DNA of 64,000 nt from Octopus sinensis (GCF_006345805.1 NC_043015.1:45446001-45510000); one strand, 5' to 3'. Shown: positions 23,536 to 36,368, counted from the stretch's first letter. Numbers and translations: made by a program. The notes: a model not told the origin generated them from the sequence alone.

Positions 23536-23956
23536 TATTCAATAATGTAATCTTAGATACCTTCTATCTGAAAACTAATTGGGATGGCCATGGCTAGAAC
23601 AATTTTGATCACAGCTCTTACTCAGTTGGAGATGTCTTGCGACTAAACGACATCGGTAACTTAATTACTGCTCTATGGATAAATTCATTTAGAGTTAAAG
23701 GTTTATCATGGATACAGCACCGGTAAAGACCAGATTACAAACTGCTACCCCTGCTCTCTGCCTCAGAGCTCTGTACCTTTGCTGGCTATACAGACTTGAC
23801 TATTTGTAACTCCTCCCCCCCTCTCTCTTCTGCACTCTATGTCTCAATGTGTGTGTGTGTGTGTAAAAAAGATTTCTCAAGTTGCATTGAGGTTTAGACT
23901 GTCTCATTGAATTTCTTGATGAGGCTATCGTTCTCAATAGCTTTTGATAATAACTG

Positions 23957-24232
23957 AATAATAATAATAATAATAATAAATAATAATAATAATATAATAA
24001 TAATAATAATAATAATAAATAATAATAAATAATAATAATAATAATATATAATAATATAATAATAATAATATAATAATAATAATAAATAATAATATATAAT
24101 AATAATAATATAAAATAATAATAATAATAATAATAATATAAAATAATAAATAATAATAATAATAATAATAATAATATATAATAATATAATATAATAATAA
24201 TAATAATATTATAATAATAATAATAATAATAT
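23957..24232. repeat. (TAA)n microsatellite
   Basis: Long interrupted (TAA)n. Confidence 0.95.
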
Positions 24233-24387
24233 AGATAAATAGATAAAGGGGCAGAAAGAATTATAGAGCTGTGTAAAAACTATATCAAGTGACTGAAGCT
24301 AGTCGGGTGGAAGGAAATTAAAAATAATCTTTGTTCACTTGTGTGTGTGTATGTGTGTTTGGGTACATGTGCATGCATATGAACATT

Positions 24388-24442
24388 ACACACACACACA
24401 CACACACACACGCACGCACGCACACACACACACACACACGCA

Positions 24443-24474
<32 letters not shown>

Positions 24475-24481
24475 CACACAC

Positions 24482-24535
<54 letters not shown>
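24388..24535. repeat. (CA)n/(CACG)n microsatellite
   Basis: Direct inspection. Confidence 0.95.
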
Positions 24536-24537
<2 letters not shown>

Positions 24538-24779
24538 GTTAATCCTTTTCAGAACTTAAGGGTTCTAAAGTATAATGCTTATCCCCTATTTCTCCAGCCT
24601 TTTTAAGTAGATGAGAAACATTCACTAAAATGGTGTCACAATACAAAGTATAGAATAGCACTCTTTACACTCAACTGAAGCCCTTCTTTCACTCTCTCCC
24701 CCTTCATCCCTTCTCATCCCCTTCCTCCCTCCCTCCCTCCCTCTCCCTCCTAAAGTTCCTTGACTACAATGGTCACATA

Positions 24780-25213
24780 TTCTTTTATTCTTTTACTTGT
24801 TTCAGTCATTTGACTGTGGCCATGCTGGGGCACCAACTGCCTTGAAGGATTTTTAGTTGAACAAATTGACTCCCGAACTTTTAATTGTTTTTTTAAGCCT
24901 GGTACTTATTCTATTGGTCTCTCTTTGCTGAACTGCTAAGTTATGGGGGACGTAAACACATCTACACTTTGACAAACAGTGGTGGGGGACAAACACAATG
25001 ACAAAGACACACACGTGTGTGTGTATATATATACACACACACATACACACATATACAGTGGGCATCTTTCAGTTTCCATCTACCAAATCCACTCACAAGG
25101 CTTTGGTCGGCCTGAGGCTATAGTAAATGACACTTGCCCAGGGTGCCACGCACTGGGACTGAACTCAGAACCATGTGGTTAAGAAGCAAGCTTCTTAACA
25201 CACAGTCATGCCT
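24780..25213 (-). mobile_element. SINE family A (diverged)
   Basis: Reverse-complement match. Confidence 0.85.
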
Positions 25214-25362
25214 AGGAACTCCCTAGGCACACTGTCAATAAAGTATAAATCACTTGTTCGGAAACCCCTCACCTGAAACACCTGAAACACAAAAAAGTTG
25301 ACACCATATCAACAGAGTGGAGTGACCACAACTTGAACACTTTTCATATATGTATGTAGATA

Positions 25363-25472
25363 TATGAGGGGGTGCTGAAAAATTCCTGGCTTTAAGGGTG
25401 TCATGAAGAGCCTGGTTGGAGGCCTAACCACCCAAGTTCTTTTACAGGGCTTAGAAAAACTGACGGATCACT
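25363..25472 (+). mobile_element. Mariner-derived MITE, left part (family of 7289-7506)
   Basis: TA-TGAGGGGGTGCTGAAAAATTCCTGGCTTTAAGGG...AGAAAAACTGA, truncated at a purine tract. Confidence 0.75.
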
Positions 25473-25840
25473 GAGGAGGAGGAGAAGAAGAGGGGGAAGA
25501 AGAAGAGGAAGAGGGGGAAACGGAAGAGGAAGAGGGGGAAACGGAAGAGGAAGAGGGGGGAAGAAGAAGAGGAAGAGGGGGAAGAAGAAGAGGAAGAGGG
25601 GGAAGAAGAGGAAGTGGGGAAGAAGAAGAGGGGAGAAGAGGAAGAGGGGGAGAAGAAGAGGAAGAGGAAGGAAGAAGAGGCAGAGAGGAGGGAGAGGAGG
25701 AAGAAGAAGAGGCAGAGAGGAGGAAGAGAAAGGAAGAAGAGGCAGAGAGGAGGAAGAGGGGGGAGAAGAGGAAGAGGGGGAAGAGGAAGAGAAAGGAAGA
25801 AGAAGAGGCAGAGAGGAGGGAGAGGAGGAGGGAGGAGGAA
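25473..25840. repeat. Purine-rich (GAAGAG/GGGGGAA) minisatellite
   Basis: Direct inspection. Confidence 0.9.
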
Positions 25841-26299
25841 CCTAGAAGCTAATGGGTATTCAAGTCCAATATCAGTTTCAGCCGAACCAATAATCCGCCA
25901 TTTCATCAGAGAGCGTTGCACAATTTTATACCAGCACCGTTCCACAATTTCGTCAGGGCCATTCTGTACTACCATTTCGTCAGAGCCAGAGCCATTCCTC
26001 CACTCTGCTTCAACACAACAAAAAAAAAACAAGTAACACAATATGAGAGAAACCCTAAACAATTCCATTATGACAGCTATTCACTGTACTTTCTTTGTAT
26101 GGGGCTGCTGTAAGGCAATACCTAACAAAAACCTTCACATCATCTATTTTCCCCAAACATTGATATGTGTGTGCCTAAGTATGCGATTCTGTATCTTGTG
26201 TATAAAACAGAAAAATGACTTTCTCTTCCTGGAAATACTTTCTACTTGACATCTCATTTTATTAGGAATGTAGATTATTCACAGAACAATATTATTGCC

Positions 26300-26358
26300 G
26301 ACACCACCACCACCACCACAACCTCCTCTACAATAGCTACTACTGCTACTACTACTAT

Positions 26359-26389
<31 letters not shown>

Positions 26390-26575
26390 GCTACTGCTAT
26401 GGTCACAGCTTCTATTACCACCACCTCCACTACCACTACAGCTACTACTACCACTACCATCACTACTGGTGCTACCACCATCACCACTGCTACCACCACC
26501 ACCACCACTACCACCACCACCACTACTACTACCACCACCACTACCACCACCACTAACAAGAAGAATAGAAACAGC
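26300..26575. repeat. (ACC/ACT)n trinucleotide tract
   Basis: Source of the poly-Thr/Val/Ser ORFs. Confidence 0.9.
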
Positions 26576-27262
26576 AGTTATAAGCTTAACAGTACTTATA
26601 ACAACAACAACAACAACAATCGGAACAATAAAGTAAAGCAAGATGAAGCCAACCTCATCTTGTAGGGCCTCGAGACACAAGAAGCAAGATGCAGGTGTGT
26701 ATGTTTGCATGCACACAGCACACCACTACATCATCAACATCACCTATATCCACACCACCACCACCACCACCATCACCGATTTGCAACTGGCCAATCGGAA
26801 ACAAGCATTTCAGCCAACTATGTTTAAAATGGTAAGTTCTTTGACATCAACTAACAACAAATACAAGAATATCAATTCTGAAGAGTGGCATTTGTCCAAA
26901 AATAAAAATAAATTTAAAAAAACAAAAAAACAAAACAAAACAAAACAAAACACAAAAAAAAAACACGTTTTTCCTGTGCTGAATAATTAATTTGCTCAAT
27001 TTGGAAATCTGCCACACATGACAAATATGCGTTTATTTTAGTAGTTTATCTTACCCCACCTGCTTCTGAAACTGGAGAGGGAGAAGAGGAAAAGGATACG
27101 AATAAGGATATTAAGAAATATAAAATTGCTTTCATTTTCGTTTCAGATCCACTCATTTCTATTTTATTTGTATTTCAGATGATTTCACTTTATTTCTACT
27201 ACCCCACCTACGAAATATAGAACACTGAGTCCGAGCAAAGGTATTAGGTTAAGAAGTTTGCA

Positions 27263-27350
27263 AACCCCTTTAGCAAGCAGATTACTCTGTCAAATGTAAT
27301 GCTTATTTGCTCAATTGTTTTGAATTAATCAAATGTCATTTCAATGAATA
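27263..27350 (-). mobile_element. Right end of piggyBac-type MITE (family of 9832)
   Basis: Minus strand ...TTAATTCAAAACAATTGAGCAAATAAGCATTACATTTGACAGAGTAATCTG..GCTAAAGGGG. Confidence 0.65.
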
Positions 27351-27355
27351 ATTGT

Positions 27356-27640
27356 TACCTTTACCTTAGCGAAGGCAGAGGTATTGTTTTCAGCCAAGTT
27401 TGTTTGTCCGTGGACAAGGTATCTCAAGAACCGCTGGATGGATCCGGATGAAGCTTTCAGGGAAGTTTGGCCTCGTGACTAGCACAAACTGATAAGATTT
27501 GGGGATTGATCCAGTACCAGACAAGGATTCTGGATTATTTTTCTGGTTTAATTACTTAATTTTTGAGAGCAGTCGGGTTCATTTTTAGTATTCTCGCTTG
27601 TGAGAGCAGTCAAGTTTATTTCAGATATTCTCATTTTAAA
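27356..27640 (+). mobile_element. Helentron/HINE (DINE-1-like) non-autonomous element
   Basis: Terminal hairpin ACCTTTACCTT(agcg)AAGGCAGAGGT (27357-27382) after TT, GTTTGTTTGTCCGT microsatellite, core ..ATCTCAAGAACC.CTGGA.GGAT..GATGAA.CTTT; second copy at 63850-64000. Confidence 0.55.
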
Positions 27641-27919
27641 ATGTAAACCATTATTTGCAATAAAGTTATGACATTGTTCAACGCCTGAATCAGTTACTTT
27701 TTTGCACAACTCCAGCGTAATACCTTGCCATGCATTTATGATGCTCTGTTTCAGATCACTGAGAGTTTTTGGTTTAGCACTGAACACCTGATTCTTCAGT
27801 ACTCCACAGAGAAAGAAGTACGAAGGACTGAGGCTTGGGGAACTTGCAGGCCATTCCATGAACAATTAGCAATATTCAATAAATTAAATAGGGTTTGGTT
27901 ACTTTTAGGCCACTCTGTA
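27640..27919 (-). pseudogene. Internally deleted Tc1/mariner element (rosa/maT-like transposase C-terminus) with one TIR
   Basis: WPASSPSLSPSYFFLCGVLKNQVF..KPKTLSDLK..I...NNGLHF matches the WP.RSPDL.P.DFFLWG.LK motif (catalytic D lost); TA-CAGAGTGGCCTAAAAGTAACC terminus about 50 bp upstream. Confidence 0.8.
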
Positions 27920-28039
27920 TATAGGGAAGGTGTTTGCATGGTTAGGCAGTTCACATCCCAACCATATCATTTCAGATTCAATCTCACTGCATGACACCTT
28001 GGGCAAGAGCTGACCCAGGGCTACAAACCAACAACATGA

Positions 28040-28625
28040 TGAATTATGTTATTCTCAACAAAAAAAAAACACCATGAGTTTGATAATTAATAGTTCATCC
28101 AACCCCAAAAAGAGGAAAGATCAAGTTGATCTCAATGTGATTTGAACTCAAAATGCAATGCACAAGGCATCCAGTCCTGTGTTTTTACAGTTCTGCCAAT
28201 TTTCTACATTTATTTGGTACATTTTGTTTTGAGCCTGAGAGAATGAAAGGTCAAATTGACCCCAGCAGGATTTGAACTCGAAATGCAAAGAACCATAACA
28301 AATACTGCAAGGCATCCAGTCCTGTGTTTTTATAGTTCTGTGAATCTGACACCTACTTGGATTGTACTTCTCATATCAACCAAGAGTGGATAAAAATGGC
28401 TTCAGTGGGATTTGAACTCAGAATGCAAAGAACCAGAACAGACAAAGTAAGGCATCCAGTTTTTAGAGTTCCACCAATTCTCTATCGTAGATTCATACTT
28501 TTTCTCTTTTTTTTTTTTTTTTGGTCATTTTATTATTGGCACTGAATGAATGAAAGGCTAAGTTAACCTAAGCGGGATTTGAACTCAGAGCAGAGATGGT
28601 CAGAACAAACACTGAGCAAAGTATA
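28040..28625 (-). repeat. Four tandem degenerate B-like SINE heads
   Basis: GATTTGAACTC recurs four times at about 130-165-bp spacing, three with AAGGCATCCAGT. Confidence 0.6.
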
Positions 28626-29079
28626 TAGAGTCTAACAATTCAGTTAAACCAATATCACATGGTTGTGGTGGGAATGTCTTTGGTCACGAGACTACGTAAA
28701 GCAGAGCCGACTTGGAACAAAACAACAACAACAATATAATTGTCTAATCGTACAATCAAGAGAAATATTTAGAAATGCAATTTGAAGAACAATAACGAAC
28801 TTAATAATTATAATTAACACCAAACAATAACGTCAAGTCAACTGGTATAATTCCAGATAATTAAAGAATAAATAATATTGCCATTTCTTTTAATCATTGA
28901 TTAGCATTCACTTTCTCATTCTCCACCCCCCAGCCCCCTCCCTTCGTCTTCATCCCCCACCCCTCCCCATACCCTTATGTTAAAGGGCAAAGAAGGCAGG
29001 ACTAGTTTTCATACAACAATTTCAGAGTTCCAATTATCACTATTATTGCTTGGACTTCATTTGATAAAAGTAATTTTCA

Positions 29080-29220
29080 CCATCATCATCATCACTATTA
29101 CTATTATCATTATTAGTATTATTGTTATTATTATTATTATTATTGTTATTATTATTATTATTATTATTGTTATTATTATTATTATTGTTATTATTATTAT
29201 TGTTGTTATTATTATTATTA

Positions 29221-29258
<38 letters not shown>

Positions 29259-29310
29259 GTTATTATTATTGTTGTTGTTGTTATTATTGTTATTATTATT
29301 ATTATTATTG
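29080..29310. repeat. (ATT/GTT)n microsatellite
   Basis: Direct inspection. Confidence 0.95.
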
Positions 29311-29461
29311 CATCACCAATGACTGCATCTTTGGCTTCCCTCATGGCACATTCCTATAAAAAAAAAAATCCAATTCCCTCTGGGCCTTTTCATTTCGGTA
29401 AGGAGGGGAGAGATCATGGGAAAGGTGTGTGTGTGTGTGTGTATTTTTGAGGATGTTTGTG

Positions 29462-29498
<37 letters not shown>

Positions 29499-30159
29499 CA
29501 CAAAATAACTGGGAGTCTTCATGTTTTGGGGTTCTTGGCGCAGAGGGGTGAGGGGCAGAACACTAGAATATGAGTTAGTGGTATCAACTATTTCAACCAA
29601 TTGATTTATCCATTAAGGTTCTAGATATTTTAGGGTAAAGCTAGGGAGCTTGTGTCCTTATGTCCTTGGAGATGAGATGAACAGACTGCGACAGATAGAA
29701 ATGTGTGTGTGTGTTGAGACAGACAGTCATACTTAAAACAATTACAGATAAGAGGCAGATTAATAAATGGAAATAAACTATGGTAATATGGAAATAAAGG
29801 AAGACAAAAAAATAATAAATATAAGAGACAAGATAGAGCAGAGACATGTAAATGTCACAAAAAGCTATTTTTTTTTTTTTAAATTGGCCTGGGTAAGAGA
29901 GGGGAAGAGAGGCGGACAAAACAAGAGAGAGGGGGGAGGGCGGAGGTCAGAAGCACAATGATAAAAGAAAGAGAAAAGGAGGGAAATAGTGTGTGTGTGT
30001 GTAAGAGAGAGTAAGGGTTAAGGGGGAAAATATATAGAATTGTAAACAGAAACAGACAGAATAAAAATAGTGGAGAAAGGGTAAGAGAGTGTGAGAGAAA
30101 GTTGGTGAAGCACAAATGTATAGATGAAAAGACATAACACTGGGAAAAGAAAAATGAAT

Positions 30160-30191
<32 letters not shown>

Positions 30192-30359
30192 CAAGAGAGA
30201 GAGAGAAAAAGAACAGAGGGAGAGAGAGAGAGGGGGAGAGGGAGAAATAAAGAGTGAGACATCATAATGCAACAATAGTGAATTTCTTAATGTTTTTGCA
30301 AATAGGGTTAGAGAGTGGATGGTCATAAAACAAAAAGGGACTAAAGGCGGATGAGAGCA

Positions 30360-30409
30360 GGGAGGGTGGGGGGAGAGAAACGAAGCGGGGGGGGAGGGAC
30401 AGGGGGCGG
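30360..30409 (+). promoter_or_regulatory. Potential G-quadruplex in CpG-retaining unique DNA
   Basis: GGGAGGGTGGGGGG...GGGGGGGGAGGGACAGGGGG: six G-runs of 3 or more. Confidence 0.4.
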
Positions 30410-30810
30410 AGTGTATTATAGTGCTGTTGTCTAAGACTATTCCAGGAATTCATTTACTGAAAACAAATGAATAAATAGATAAATAAAATAGTTTAATAAG
30501 TAAATAAACAACGGGGGGGGGGAGGTTTTTTTTTTGTTTGACTTATTATTTTAATGTCTTCGCCAAGTTAATCTACTACCAACTCTGTTCAGCTTCCTCA
30601 CCACCACCACCCACACACACATACGCACGCACACAGAGCCATTCCTCGCGTTACGGCTGCCTCAAGGTGTGCGATTTCGCGATATGTTCTCTGGTTTCGC
30701 TCTTACGGAGGAAACTCGGATAGCGTAGTTTTAAATTGTTAACGATTTAGAACTACACTTACATCATAGCTCAATGGCTACTTGCATTTTAGTTCAGATC
30801 AAAATATATA

Positions 30811-31313
30811 CCGTAAATCCTCGAGTATAATACGCAGGGGATTTTTAGGGGGCTGTACCTCTGAAAAACCTAAACCTTGTGTATAATACGCACCCCTTCT
30901 CTAACTTGAGTCAAGGAGATCTATATAACGTCCTTGGTTTGTAAAAATGTATACGGTAACGTCCTTTATTATTATTGTATATATAACATAATGCAAACGT
31001 GTAGCTTTTTTGTGCATTTTGTTTGCAGAAAATAAAGAAATAACAGTAATAACAGTAATAAGGTTTAATAAATGTTGCTTACTGCAAGTTATGGATGATT
31101 ATTTTATGACTTCATTGCTTTCAGGCTTAGCTTAAGGTATTTTTGCGCCCGACATCACAAAATGCGTCTGAATAAACATTGCTGGACAGCAAATAGAGAC
31201 TTGGAGATTGCTGAGAAAATAATTTTCATTTTAACCTCGTATATAGTACGCACTAGGGATTTTGAGTTTTAAATTTTGGTGGGGAAATGCGGATTATACT
31301 CGAGGATTCCCGG
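30811..31313. mobile_element. Tc1/mariner-superfamily (pogo/Tc2-like) MITE
   Basis: TA-CCGTAAATCCTCGAGTATAAT...ATTATACTCGAGGATTCCCGG-TA. Confidence 0.8.
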
Positions 31314-31410
31314 TAGTCAACGACTAGAAAATCTTTCATCACGGTATACACACACATGTACATTTAATGTACTTGTGTGTGTGTTTCTATCAACAACTCC
31401 AACAGTATTA

Positions 31411-31774
31411 TCTCTATATATATAAATGGCAAAATGTCTGTGTGCGTGTCCTTTATACAAATCCACAATTTTTCAGTTAGAGGGCTCGCACTTTCTATGG
31501 TCATTCAGAACCGTCCAAGGGTGGTCGTGCACATCTTTACATTTCCCCAGTCACCCCGCAAAGCCATTAAAAAAATCAATAGAAGTGACATTTTGTGAAT
31601 TTTCTATCCAAAACCCAATCAAAATGCCCGAAACTTGATACGCCAATTGAATGCCAGCTAGCTGTATGTGATTGGTCAGAGATTTGGACAGTACTCATGT
31701 GTATGTGCGAACACACGCAGCTGTATATGCATGCACTAGCACTATGACCCAGCGTTGCCGGGTCATAGTGCTAG
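31411..31774 (+). mobile_element. Non-autonomous Helitron, apparently intact
   Basis: A|TCTCTATATATATAAA 5' end; hairpin GACCCAGC(gtt)GCCGGGTC at 31746-31764; CTAG|T 3' end; no TSD. Confidence 0.8.
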
Positions 31775-31821
31775 TATTGTATAAAGTAGATAATCAAATC
31801 CATTTCAAACAGACACATATA

Positions 31822-32052
31822 TATTTCTTTACTACCCACAAGGGGCTAAACAAAGAGAGGACAAACAAGGACAGACAAACAGATTGAGTCGATTACATCG
31901 ACCCCAGTGTGTAACTGGTACTTAATTTATTGACCCCGAAAGGATGAAAGGCAAAGTCGACCTCGGCGGAATTTGAACTCAGAACGTAACAGCAGACAAA
32001 ATACAGCTACGCATTTCACCCGGCGTGCTAACGTTTCTGCCAGCTCGCCGCC
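31822..32052 (-). mobile_element. SINE family B, full length
   Basis: Reverse-complement match. Confidence 0.92.
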
Positions 32053-32326
32053 ATAATAATAATGATAAAAAAAAAAAATTGGACACTAGGTCATAGTTGG
32101 AGTGTCTGATTATTAGTCTATCTGTTCAGGGCCTGACCTGAAGTTAAACGACGACAACAACAAAAGCAATTGTAAACACATTTTTAAATAGCTTCCAAAC
32201 TACAAACGGATTTATTTATTTATTAAAGATTTCCAGGTTGTGGGTGGAATGCGTGTCTATGTGTATACACGGGGGTGGGGCGCACGTGTAGCAATAAGCT
32301 TACAAATAACTCTGCTCCCTTTTCAG

Positions 32327-32399
32327 TGAGGTGGGGGGTTTGAGGTGGATATCAGAAAGGAGCGGGTGATATCAGAACAAAAATTGGTTATGTGTTATG
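32327..32399 (+). other. Candidate 5'-UTR exon ending in ATG
   Basis: CTCTGCTCCCTTTTCAG| acceptor, ATG|GTAAGT donor; stops in all three frames upstream of the ATG. Confidence 0.3.
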
Positions 32400-32640
32400 G
32401 TAAGTGACCTTGTAGGCCCGATGCCCCATTTTCTGTGTTACACCTGAAATTGTACTCTCTTCAAATCCAATTAAATAAGATTCATGGTGTAAGATTCCTT
32501 AAGCTGCTAAATCCTTCATTGCCCCATTCCTTTCCTTCCGTCTGTTTTTTCTAACAGTTTCTATTTGTCTTGTTAGAATACGCGTGAATATATGTGTATT
32601 TGTGCACGTACGCATGGACGCATACATACACACACACACA

Positions 32641-32674
<34 letters not shown>

Positions 32675-33018
32675 TTATACATATTGCCTTTTGCTCAATA
32701 TTTCGGGTGTCAGAGGAAGATGGAAGAGGGAGATAGGAAGCAGAGAACAAGAGGAAGGGACTGCCCCCCCTCACTCCCTCGCCATTGCCTTTAAGGGGGA
32801 AACTGTGGTTGGAAAAGTGAGAAATACAAACAGTTTCTGTTGTACTCCCACTGTGAACAGAATCCCTAAAAATATGAGAGGGGGCAGTAAAGAAACTCCT
32901 TTAACAGGGAGATGGTTGGTGGTAGAGGCAGATGGTAAAAGAATAGCAGAATGAAATGTTGGAAATATGAAAAATGAATTGCAGGTTGTGTTAAAAAAAT
33001 AAGGAATATATATATATA

Positions 33019-33160
33019 GGCGCAAGAGTGGTTGTGTGGTAAGTAGCTTGCTTACCAATGGGTTTGATTCGATTCCCCATTTCGGAAACAATCACAATTG
33101 TTTGTTTTTTTCACAGAGGCGCTCCAGCATGACCACAACTGCATGGCTAAAACAAATGAA
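33019..33160 (+). mobile_element. Heavily deleted SINE A
   Basis: Family A head joined to tail remnant. Confidence 0.6.
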
Positions 33161-33283
33161 GGGGGGGAGGAGAAGAAAAACAACAAATTTCCACACAGTT
33201 TCCACCTTTTCTTTTTTTTTTTCACCAGTCTTCACTCACTAGGCTTTAGTCAACCTGATTCTAGCTACAGTAGGAGAAACTTT

Positions 33284-33696
33284 GGATCATTTCGGTTTGA
33301 ACGGCAGTTTTTTCTGGCGATATCATATGAAATTGTCACCCAGAATTATGACCCTGGTATCGATATATTGCATTTCAATCTGTTTTATGGTTAGGGGTAG
33401 GGGGAAGGCTATCTTTTTTTTCTTCAGAAATGTAAATAAACCCGATCTGTTTCTTAAACGAGGGACATATTCATATGGCACAGAATGTTTTTGCCTCAAT
33501 AGACGGTCATTGATTGGTTGAAATTGCCGAAACACAAGAAATTAAAGACCAAATATCTTACAAACTATAGAATTTTCTCAATAAAGCCAAGAGAAAAAGA
33601 TGTTTTATAAACACATTCTACCAGTATACGAAGTTTAAAATTTTTTAGTCACCTAGAAATTATTTTAAAAAACTGCCGTTCAAACCGAAAAGATCC
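33284..33696 (+). mobile_element. Merlin-like MITE, copy 2
   Basis: Same TIRs as 111-540; perfect 8-bp TSD GAAACTTT at 33276-33283 and 33697-33704. Confidence 0.85.
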
Positions 33697-34624
33697 GAAA
33701 CTTTATCTAACATGCCATGCAGGAGGACTGAACCCCCAGAACGTCGTGGTTGTGAAGGGTACTACTTAACCACAAAGCTATGCTTATGAAAACCACAAAG
33801 AAAAACATCACACAAGGGAGGGAGTAAAGTGGATGCCCTAAACTATTGATGCAATTTCCCTACACTTAAGTGGCATTGAAAGAACATTTGTAGACTTCCA
33901 AGCTTTTGAGTGACATCCAGTGAAAATAGAAAAATTATTTTGTTTGCTTGTTTTCTCTTGTCATATTTTCTAAAATAATCAGTGTTTGTTTATATAAAAC
34001 AGAAATGAAATAAATGGTTATTTTCCCAAGATGAAGAACAAAAGAACAAGAATAGAAGAATAAGTTGACAGTCAAGAAATAAAAGGTTAGAGAGAATGAA
34101 TAATGAAATAAAACAGAAAGGGGGAGAGAAAAGAGAAGAGTAAAAAGGAGAGAGCGTGGGGGAGATTCCAGAAAGAAAACAGAAAAAGGAAATGAAGAGC
34201 GATTTAAAGAAGAAAGATGATGAAATGATAACGATGATGACGATGATGTTGGGTAAAGATCTAAATGATGGAAAGAGGTGAAAAGAAGGGGTAAGAAAAA
34301 TAAAATTGGTGGGGAGAGAGTACAATGGGAAGAGGAAAGTCCAGAAGAAGAAGATGAAAGATGGAAGAAAAGACGAAAAATAATACATGAAGAAGGCAAA
34401 AAGAAATAGATGACAAAGAGGATGAAGATGTGTGTTGCAATGGAGAGAGAATTTTAAAACAGGAGCGAGAGACAGAGAGAGAGAGAGAGATGAAGAAAAA
34501 GAAGATACAAGGAAGACTAAAAAAAAAAAAAATTTTGAGAGAAAATCCCTAAATAATATTCTCTTAGTGAGGCATTCCTAAGGAGCAGAACAGGTAGAGA
34601 ACGAAATGGGGAAAACATGAAAGA

Positions 34625-34883
34625 AACGTGTGTGTGTGTGTGTGAGTGTGTGTGTGAGAGAGTGTGTGTGTGAGTGTGAGTGCGTGTGTGTGTGTGTGTG
34701 TCTGTGTGTGTGTGAGTGTATGTGTGTGTGAGTGTGTGTGTGTGTGAGAGAGTGTGTGAGTGTGTGTGTGAGTGTATGTGTGTGTGAGTGTGTGTGTGTG
34801 TGAGTGTGTGAGAGAGTGTGTGTGTGTGTGAGTGTGTGTGTGTGTGTGTGTGAGTGTGTGTGTGTGAGTGTGTGTGTGAGAGT

Positions 34884-34955
<72 letters not shown>

Positions 34956-34970
34956 AGTGTGTGTGTGTCT
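34625..34970. repeat. (GT)n/(GAGT)n microsatellite
   Basis: Direct inspection. Confidence 0.95.
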
Positions 34971-35729
34971 TATAGACAAACCACTCCAAACCAACGTACA
35001 GTGTAATTTAGCGAAGAATTAATACTTGAGTGAACAGGCAAGAAGAGATGATGGGAGAGAAAGTAGGACATTCATTTAGTTTTCACACCACCAAAGAGAA
35101 ATTTTTGGACTCTGGGAAATTAAGCAGTGAATTTTCATCTTATTTTGCTTTGCTTTTAGTTAGCATTTTCTTTTTGTTTGTTTGTTTGTTGTGTTCTCTT
35201 CCTTTCTTTTTATATGTCTAATATATCTATTTTTTTAAGTGAAAAAAAAAAAACCCCTCCCAACTAAGAAAGGTTCCAGCAGGGGCTGAATCAGTTGGTT
35301 GCTTGCCCAACCAGTGAAAAAAGTCAATGGTTCGTATCGCATCACCAGCACTTGTAATCTCTGGAAAAGATATTTTAACTGACTCTTCATGATTTTTCAT
35401 CTGTTTTGTTTGGTTTTTTGCTGATATTCTCATTATTGGTTCACTCCACATCGGCCCTGACTGAGCAACCCCACAACGAAAAGCATTCCAACTACAAACA
35501 TTCCATCTCATGCAACCCAAAACCATTACTATTCTGTGTTCTTCCTTTCTTTCTTTTTACGCTGCTTAGAGTATGATGTGAGCAAGATTTCGCTGCTATT
35601 TCCAGCAGGTACAGCAACTGCATTAAGCTTTTGTTTATATGGTTTGTAGTGTATCAGTGGGGGATGAGGGAGCATTGTAATTCTCAGTCCCTTATACGCC
35701 ATAGAAAACAGGCTAAACTCTGGCTTTAA

Positions 35730-36046
35730 CCCTTTAGTATTCAAACTGGCCATATCCAGCCCAAATATTGTTTTATATTTATACTGGCAAGATCCAGCCT
35801 CTCACACCTACCCGACAATTTCATCCTAAACATAAATACTCTTTTCTCTTTACTCTTTTACTTGTTTCAGTCATTTGACTGCGACCATGCTGGAGCACCG
35901 CCTTTAGTCGAGCAAATCGACCCCAGGACTTATTCTTTGTAAGCCCAGTACTTATTCTATCGGTTCTTTTTTGCCGAACTGCTAAGTGACAGGGACGTAA
36001 ACACACCAGCATTGGTTGTCAAGCAATGCTAAGGGGACAAACACAG

Positions 36047-36085
<39 letters not shown>

Positions 36086-36368
36086 CGACGGGCTTCTTTC
36101 AGTTTCCGTCTACCAAATCCACTCACAAGGCTTTGGTCGGCCCAAGGCTATAGTAGAAGACACTTGCCCAACATGCCACGCAGTGGGACTGAACCCGGAA
36201 CCATGTGGTTGGTAAGCAAGCTACTTACCACACAACCACTCCTGCGCCTATAATCTACCAAATGGCCACCTCATCAAAATCTTGCAGTTATGAGATAATT
36301 GTGTGTAATTCAAAGCAATGTGGATGAATAAGGATTAAATTTGACAAAATAATCTGAAAGCTAAAGGG
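35730..36368 (+). mobile_element. piggyBac-type MITE interrupted by SINE A
   Basis: TTAA-CCCTTTAG...GCTAAAGGG; homologous to 9832-10112 on both sides of the SINE. Confidence 0.7.
35837..36248 (-). mobile_element. SINE family A, full length
   Basis: Reverse-complement match. Confidence 0.92.

Noticed and set aside
25875-25909. Minus-strand CTGATGA...GAAAC hammerhead
   Set aside because: Stem II does not close next to the core boxes, and no NUH triplet or stem I follows; the nearby CTGACGAAAT repeats look like subterminal repeats.
26246-26716. Mucin-like poly-Thr ORF and overlapping poly-Val/Ser-Gly ORFs
   Set aside because: Explained by the (ACC/ACT)n microsatellite; no signal peptide or convincing splice context.
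35227-35753. Two unique-sequence minus-strand ORFs (99 and 74 aa)
   Set aside because: No recognisable motif or coherent splice sites; the upstream one starts inside a MITE. Could be UTR or conserved non-coding DNA, but this is unsupported.
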